Source: a virus
Taxonomy: Duplodnaviria; Caudoviricetes
Strand: one strand, 5' to 3'
DNA length: 63,942 bases
IMG/VR virus record: IMGVR_UViG_3300012663_000802
Location: 1 to 63,942 of that record
The position numbers were made by a program, and so were the translations under genes. A model generated the notes under the pieces. It was not told the DNA's origin. It made no database searches and worked only from the letters and a program-made list of their open reading frames with translations. Numbering within the stretch: the stretch's first letter is position 1; each line of letters starts with the position of its first letter. This document shows positions 59,007 through 63,942 of this stretch, one piece after another.

Positions 59007-59299
59007 CATTTAGCCACTGTATCGCATTAAATACACCTCTAAAAATATTTTACCTCCTCTCTATGATCATAGTTCCCCCGATTCCCGCATAAATTTCCCC
59101 AAACTATGATCCTAGTCACACATGATGGGATAAATCGGACATAGGTGGGCCACTGTGTAGCTCAAAATACACTCAACCACTCGCGTTACCTGGTGGACAT
59201 TTGGGTTAAAAGGGATTTAAGGGTGGCAGGGGGTAAAAGCCACAACTAAAATAGTCGCGTACAGCACAAAGGAGAGGGGAGAGAACCTACCCGCATTAC

Positions 59300-59425
59300 T
59301 GGTAGTAGTATCGCCCCAAAAGGATACCTAGACTACTCCGTGTAGCCCGTAGCCCTAGCCCTTCAGGGGTAGTGCGTCATAGCACACTAGGGCACGGGGA
59401 GACCCCCGATACTATCTGTATCGGT
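59300..59425 (+). ncRNA. structured leader or ncRNA ahead of the first plus-strand gene
   Basis: CCCGT-a-GCCCTAG/CTAGGGC-ACGGG three-way junction; CCGATAC-tatct-GTATCGG hairpin. Confidence 0.45.
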
Positions 59426-59440
59426 AGCGAAAGGCGTCAA

Positions 59441-59971
59441 ATGTCAAAGACATTGACTCTCGCGGTTGCTAAGGCAATCATCTCACACTCAGAGGACACC
59501 TCTCACTCCATCACAGAGTTTATCAAACTCTTTAATGGTAAGACAGAGTTGTCTGACATCTACACAGGTGGCAAGTACAAGCGTGCCATCAACGCCTCCC
59601 GCGTATTCGGTGGCTATCTGTCTGGCAAGTTGCAGATAGAGCCTACCAAGTGGGAGGACTTGACTCAGACATTTTACAAGATGCCTGAGGAGTGCGCTGC
59701 TGTTATCGCTATGGGCGGTGATGTCCTTGCAGGGCTTAACACTCTCAAGGGCAAGGTTGATGCAGCCTCAGCAGAGGCAGTAGCAACACGCCGTGCCAAT
59801 GGCAAGGCACACGCCACATCTATCACGACCATCACCAAGGGTCGTGAGGCTTTCATCAAGGCAGGCTTGCCTGCTAGTGAAGCCATCAAACTCCTTGAGG
59901 CAGAGGTCAGCGCATTGACCCTGCTCCTTGAGGAGACACGGGCGAACGCGGAGAAGGCTTTGGTAGCCTAG
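59441..59971 (+). CDS. hypothetical 176-aa protein, first gene of the plus arm
   Basis: GAAAGG Shine-Dalgarno before ATG 59441; followed by terminator. Confidence 0.85.
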   Translation: MSKTLTLAVAKAIISHSEDTSHSITEFIKLFNGKTELSDIYTGGKYKRAINASRVFGGYLSGKLQIEPTKWEDLTQTFYKMPEECAAVIAMGGDVLAGLNTLKGKVDAASAEAVATRRANGKAHATSITTITKGREAFIKAGLPASEAIKLLEAEVSALTLLLEETRANAEKALVA

Positions 59972-59987
59972 TCTTTGCTCGTAGTGG

Positions 59988-60017
59988 AAGGGCGGGGGAT
60001 AATACTCCCGCCCTTTT
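59988..60017 (+). terminator. intrinsic terminator
   Basis: AAGGGCGGGGG-ataata-CTCCCGCCCTTTT. Confidence 0.75.
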
Positions 60018-60054
60018 GCTATGCGCATAGTAACTATGAGCATAATCGGGCTGG

Positions 60055-60470
60055 GGAATCTAGATTAACCTAGGTGACATATGTCTGCCGCACAGTGCTA
60101 TGGAACTGCTAGCACGCCCAAGAGTAGTCTTGGTATCCATTTTCGGTGTCCTGCTAACGAATAGGCTCCTAACTCTCATCATTGGGAGTTGGGAGTCTAT
60201 TCAGGCTACTACCCACCCACAACTCTTATCATTGAGAGTACGACCAGGCTATGGACTAGGGGTGGGGTCTGTTATCAGGTAGTTAGCGATGGATACATAG
60301 GTCGTGCATAGCACTAACAGCAGAGCACATAAAAGTATTCCTATGTATCTCTCACTACCTATCAGGTAGCAAGTGATGGAGACACAAGACTTATGACTGA
60401 GGCTTCTTAGTGAGCGTGTATGGTCTCTGCTCCTTGTGTCTCTCTCACTCTCTATCTGAGAGTGCTCAAC
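60055..60470 (+). ncRNA. candidate large structured ncRNA
   Basis: No credible ORF; 19-bp hairpin with G-U pairs, repeated ATCA/TATC loops, two covarying stem-loop units. Confidence 0.6.
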
Positions 60471-60488
60471 ACAAACATTGGAGGCTGT

Positions 60489-60617
60489 ATGTCTGTACAA
60501 GCAAGGCTGTGCTGTTCTGTCTGTAAGGAGTATTCCTATCCTTCACAGGCTATCTTCCTCTTCTCTCTATCTACAGGTGCTTATGTGTGTAAGCCTTGTA
60601 AGATGAGTAACAAATAG
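60489..60617 (+). CDS. small zinc-finger protein
   Basis: GGAGG Shine-Dalgarno; CSVC...CKPC. Confidence 0.55.
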   Translation: MSVQARLCCSVCKEYSYPSQAIFLFSLSTGAYVCKPCKMSNK

Positions 60618-60660
60618 GTTTCCCCGCCTATTTTCTGCCGTTGCCCTGTTTTATGGGACG

Positions 60661-60690
60661 CCTCCTGAGTATGAGGAATACAAACTGCTC
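60661..60690 (+). promoter_or_regulatory. H-type pseudoknot in a 5' UTR
   Basis: CCTC/GAGG stem, loop GAGTA pairs with downstream TGCTC across an A-rich linker. Confidence 0.5.
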
Positions 60691-60718
60691 ACCCAACCAA
60701 CTACCGAAAGGAAATAAA

Positions 60719-60901
60719 ATGGCAACAAAATGTGCAGTTAAGTTTTGTAACAACACTGATTTAGTCTATAGCGGTGTTGACGCATTTATGCTTGGCGGTA
60801 TCCCTACCGAGAAGATTTGCTACACCTGTGGCAATAGTTATGCCCAAAAAGGCGCAATCTACGAAGAAGTTAAAGAAGCAATAGAAAGGCTAACGCTATG
60901 A
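60719..60901 (+). CDS. small zinc-binding protein
   Basis: GAAAGGA Shine-Dalgarno; CAVKFC...CYTC. Confidence 0.7.
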   Translation: MATKCAVKFCNNTDLVYSGVDAFMLGGIPTEKICYTCGNSYAQKGAIYEEVKEAIERLTL

Positions 60902-61089
60902 AGTGTTATGACTGTAAGGCACAGATAGATGATGCTATTGCCTATGAGGCACACATCTTGTGCTATCCCTGCTATCACATCTGGTCTAAAGCAGATACAG
61001 ATGCAAGACTAACCCTATCTATGAAAGGAGAGAGTAATGAACGAAATAGAGTTATCACCGACAACCGAGAAACTATTGTGGTTGCTTAA
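60898..61089 (+). CDS. small zinc-binding protein
   Basis: CYDC...CYPC; ATGA coupling. Confidence 0.65.
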   Translation: MKCYDCKAQIDDAIAYEAHILCYPCYHIWSKADTDARLTLSMKGESNERNRVITDNRETIVVA

Positions 61090-61121
61090 TGCAATCCTAT
61101 CTATGAAAGAAGAGAGTAATG
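61014..61121 (+). repeat. 26-bp direct repeat carrying Shine-Dalgarno and ATG
   Basis: CCTATCTATGAAAG(G/A)AGAGAGTAATG at 61014-61039 and 61096-61121 (25/26 identical). Confidence 0.85.
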
Positions 61122-61373
61122 TGTAATCCCTTTGATGGCACTCAGTTATGTGCCAAAGTTGACCCCGACCTTTTCTTCCCTGAAGATCGGAAAGACTATA
61201 AACCTAGCATCGCACAGGCAAAAGCCCTGTGTGCTCAATGCCCTATGCTTGCTGCTTGCAGTAAGTATGTAAATGAAACCCCCGGCCTTTATGGCGTGTG
61301 GGCTGGCAAATGGTTAGACGGAAGCGGCTATACAAGCCCAGCCTCTTCCTTAGTTACTAGAAAGGTAGCATAA
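61119..61373 (+). CDS. whiB: WhiB family transcription factor (second copy)
   Basis: C...DPDLFFP...CAQCPMLAAC...GVWAG. Confidence 0.9.
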   Translation: MCNPFDGTQLCAKVDPDLFFPEDRKDYKPSIAQAKALCAQCPMLAACSKYVNETPGLYGVWAGKWLDGSGYTSPASSLVTRKVA

Positions 61374-61534
61374 TGGTACTAGATAATGGAACAACGCTTG
61401 GCATAATGATTGCATTGCTCGGTGCAATGACAGTTATGTGTCTATTTTGGCGTGAGAACATACGCCTAACCAAAGAGGTTAGACGCCTACGGGTAGCACT
61501 ACGAGATGAAAGGATGACCCGCGTCAATGGATGA
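61373..61534 (+). CDS. 53-aa single-pass membrane protein (not in ORF track)
   Basis: Shine-Dalgarno and TAATG coupling; hydrophobic helix then basic coiled coil. Confidence 0.65.
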   Translation: MVLDNGTTLGIMIALLGAMTVMCLFWRENIRLTKEVRRLRVALRDERMTRVNG

Positions 61535-61652
61535 AGTAATGAAAGCACTTGATGAACTCGAAGAGTTCTGTATCAAGACACTAGCAGAGATTGGTGTGCT
61601 ACGCATACAGGTAGCACTTATTCACCAGACCCTCAAGAGCATTGAGGATTAG
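61527..61652 (+). CDS. 41-aa helical protein (not in ORF track)
   Basis: MDEVMKALDELEEFCIKTLAEIG...; fills the gap before a terminator. Confidence 0.5.
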   Translation: MDEVMKALDELEEFCIKTLAEIGVLRIQVALIHQTLKSIED

Positions 61653-61687
61653 TTTTATCTGAGGGGTCTGCAAGATACGCAGACACA

Positions 61688-61728
61688 GGCGGGTGGAGGT
61701 TTGAGGGAGCCTTCACCCGCCCATTTTT
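61688..61728 (+). terminator. intrinsic terminator
   Basis: GGCGGGTGGAGGTTT-gagg-GAGCCTTCACCCGCC then ATTTTT. Confidence 0.75.
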
Positions 61729-61750
61729 ATCCCTACACGAAAGGATTACA

Positions 61751-62485
61751 ATGGCTGATGTAGCATCGATGTGGTATGGCTCTGAGATAAATCAGATTGG
61801 CCGGCTTACCATCGCATCGTTCCTCCAACACAAACATACCTTCACGCTATACACCTACGACACCAGCGTCACAGTGCCAAAAGGAACTATCGTAATAGAT
61901 GCTAACGAAGTACTAGATGCTTCTCATATATTCGGTAAGAACAACATATGGCAACCATTTTCTGACCTATTCAGGTACAAGTTGTTGATGGAGACTGACC
62001 ACATCTGGGTTGATATGGATATGGTGTGCCTGAAAGACGATTGGCATTTCCAGCACGACTATGTGTTCTCATTGGAAAACACAGTTGAATATGGCTTGCG
62101 CTATAACAATGCTGTATTAAAAATGCCACGAGACAGCGAAGCGCTTCAATATATGTATGAGACTACCTCGTCAGGTATGCATAATGATTTACTTTGGTTT
62201 GAGCCTAAAGGGATCCCAATTAATTACGGACCTGTTTTACTCACTGATGTGGTTTATCAGTACGACCTATCTAAGTATGCTCTTCCTAAGTACGCGTTCT
62301 ATCCGGTGCTTACTGAAGAATCCTACAAGTTTTTACTACCTCAGCACACATCATCAATAATAAAACAATCTGAGGACAGTCACGCTGTACATATGTACGG
62401 CTCATTGATGGACAAGAAACGCCTTGAAAATGTAGACAAGTACAGTTTCGTGGGTGTTATGCAACAAAAATATAATTGCCTATAA
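61751..62485 (+). CDS. DXD glycosyltransferase (GT32-like)
   Basis: SMWYG, FSDLFRYKLL, IWVDMDMVCLK, NNAVLK, YGPVLLT, AVHMY. Confidence 0.85.
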   Translation: MADVASMWYGSEINQIGRLTIASFLQHKHTFTLYTYDTSVTVPKGTIVIDANEVLDASHIFGKNNIWQPFSDLFRYKLLMETDHIWVDMDMVCLKDDWHFQHDYVFSLENTVEYGLRYNNAVLKMPRDSEALQYMYETTSSGMHNDLLWFEPKGIPINYGPVLLTDVVYQYDLSKYALPKYAFYPVLTEESYKFLLPQHTSSIIKQSEDSHAVHMYGSLMDKKRLENVDKYSFVGVMQQKYNCL

Positions 62486-62505
62486 TCTCTATGAAAGGAG
62501 ACAAG

Positions 62506-62730
62506 ATGCAAACGCTATCAATACAGGCAAAGATAACCAAGCAAGAGATAACACAGCAAGATAGATACAACCTATGTATGCACATTATCAAACAGATAAT
62601 GTTTCCAACACAAACAATCGAGGCGCCCTATGTTCCGCAAGTCACCCAACAAAGACAGAGTCAAGCGAGTACAGCAGTTACGACGCTCCAACGCAGCGGG
62701 TTCCTTACCCAACAAGAAACGCTGGTCTAA
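62506..62730 (+). CDS. hypothetical Gln-rich protein
   Basis: Start-associated motif TCTATGAAAGGAGA before ATG 62506. Confidence 0.5.
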   Translation: MQTLSIQAKITKQEITQQDRYNLCMHIIKQIMFPTQTIEAPYVPQVTQQRQSQASTAVTTLQRSGFLTQQETLV

Positions 62731-62765
62731 GCGTATGCGCAATCTATGGAAAAAGGAGATACAAA

Positions 62766-63020
62766 ATGAGCAGTAATGTAACAACACTCAAGGTAGGTAT
62801 CGTATTACAAGGCGATGGTGGTGCCTCATCAGGTGCCATGATACTTGCACATAAACCATCTGATGAGTTCACAGATATTATTCTGTGTTATTCAGCAGCC
62901 AGTCCTTACGACCCATTTGTTGTATGGACATACGAACACGCAACAGGTATTTGCCGTAGAGGTGAGTACTTCAACAACATCTTACACGCAGGGTTTGCCT
63001 ATGATGAAAGGGAATGGTAA
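62766..63020 (+). CDS. hypothetical protein
   Basis: AAGGAG Shine-Dalgarno before ATG 62766. Confidence 0.65.
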   Translation: MSSNVTTLKVGIVLQGDGGASSGAMILAHKPSDEFTDIILCYSAASPYDPFVVWTYEHATGICRRGEYFNNILHAGFAYDEREW

Positions 63021-63274
63021 TGGGTAAAAGAAACAAGCGTCCAAAAGATTGGACAGATGAAGACAGAAGAGAACACGGATATATGACTATTGACGAGTTC
63101 GTTGATAAGTTTGCCTTTGGTCTCAAAGAGTCTCTACATACTAATTGGAAAGGTGCCAGCAAAGATGATGTGTTTCATCCTGAAGACTTGACATCTAATA
63201 TGCTTTCTTATGCAGAATCAGTGTACATAGTTACTGGAATCTTTGGAGTAGGGAGCACAAATGTCAAAGAGTGA
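63020..63274 (+). CDS. hypothetical protein
   Basis: TAATG coupling. Confidence 0.65.
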   Translation: MGKRNKRPKDWTDEDRREHGYMTIDEFVDKFAFGLKESLHTNWKGASKDDVFHPEDLTSNMLSYAESVYIVTGIFGVGSTNVKE

Positions 63275-63491
63275 TAATCCACCTGTGTATTTAGCAACAA
63301 GTGAGTTTCTTGCAGAGATACGAGAGTTAGGTTATCGCGACAACATAGGGTTAGATGACCTGCTTGATTTACTAGAGGAAGACCCATCATACATATTCCA
63401 GATGCGTGCAACTGTTCTGTGTATAGATGAGATGAACTTTGTCAGTCGTAATGTTGCACAGTGGTATTACAACAGACGCTTCCCAACATAA
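63261..63491 (+). CDS. hypothetical acidic protein
   Basis: GGAG Shine-Dalgarno; overlaps previous stop. Confidence 0.6.
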   Translation: MSKSDNPPVYLATSEFLAEIRELGYRDNIGLDDLLDLLEEDPSYIFQMRATVLCIDEMNFVSRNVAQWYYNRRFPT

Positions 63492-63514
63492 ACATTCCCC
63501 GCCCGCCTATACCG

Positions 63515-63830
63515 CTTGTATCTTAACCACAGATTGTGGCTAAGGTGCTGGTTGTATAGACAACCAATGAAAGGACTATCAAGCACCTAAACGTTGAGTA
63601 GTTAGGAAAGGCAAGCTGCTAAGGCTTCGAACGCTAACCCTATGAGAATAGGTGTCGCTAATAGATCGCTAACCCCCTTGTTCTGAGTACCTCTCCTGTT
63701 TCCCATAGACTTCGTGGGCTATGGAATAGATTGGCTAAACCAACACTTGCATAGACCTGGATATAAACGACAGCGTGGGGGTTGCCTAGCAGCCCCCACC
63801 TGTATTAGTATTCCCACACCGAGTGGGATG
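63515..63830 (+). ncRNA. candidate structured ncRNA
   Basis: About 350 nt without a long ORF, containing at least six hairpins. Confidence 0.4.
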
Positions 63831-63854
63831 TACCTACTAAAAGGAGGTACGTGC

Positions 63855-63942
63855 ATGGCTCCCAAAGCCCTGCATTACTGCGGCAATTGCGGCAGACGCA
63901 TACAAGATAACCAACCCAAATTAGAAATCAGTGTCAAACGTG
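63855..63942 (+). CDS. partial CDS at the window edge
   Basis: AAGGAGGT Shine-Dalgarno; MAPKALHYCGNCG... Confidence 0.55.
   Translation, partial: MAPKALHYCGNCGRRIQDNQPKLEISVKR

Noticed and set aside
60273-60464. Mini-CRISPR or TIGR-like array
   Set aside because: Only two units, repeats are covarying stems rather than identical repeats, and no Cas or Nop-domain gene is recognisable in the window; kept as an ncRNA candidate
63515-63830. tmRNA or RNase P RNA
   Set aside because: No T-loop/CCA tRNA-like end and no RNase P conserved core sequence
1-63942. Stop-codon reassignment
   Set aside because: Core genes are full length in the standard code and TAA, TAG and TGA all end genes

Overview
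A 64-kb segment of a tailed dsDNA phage with a contractile tail (myovirus), probably infecting a low-GC actinobacterium. Two whiB genes and roughly 43% GC (estimated by eye) suggest a freshwater Actinomycetota host; this is an inference. From 1 to about 59,040 nearly all genes are on the minus strand: a replication block (SF2 helicase, dNMP kinase, primase, WhiB, DnaB, DnaC-like loader, initiator), baseplate/tail/tape-measure genes, a large fibre and decoration locus with two GT25 glycosyltransferases, head genes (capsid, scaffold, portal, terminase), small basic or disordered proteins, an HslV/proteasome-beta-like protease, tRNA-Asn and Hsp20. At about 59.1-59.2 kb the coding strand flips to plus and a block of small genes begins. 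Main observations: (1) the first ~2 kb of the plus arm lacks eight common 4-bp palindromes by manual scan, as expected for first-injected DNA under restriction pressure, and holds an unknown first gene plus several structured non-coding segments, including a ~420-nt RNA candidate with duplicated covarying stem-loops and a possible kissing loop; (2) a probable +1 programmed frameshift (CUA UUU CGA) in the tail assembly chaperone; (3) three tandem paralogous stand-alone fibre-tip genes; (4) a 96-nt structured RNA between a promoter and the tRNA; (5) an antisense, probably exported lytic transglycosylase with a structured leader; (6) one small beta-domain inserted into four different proteins. 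All family calls come from motif recognition; no database searches were run.
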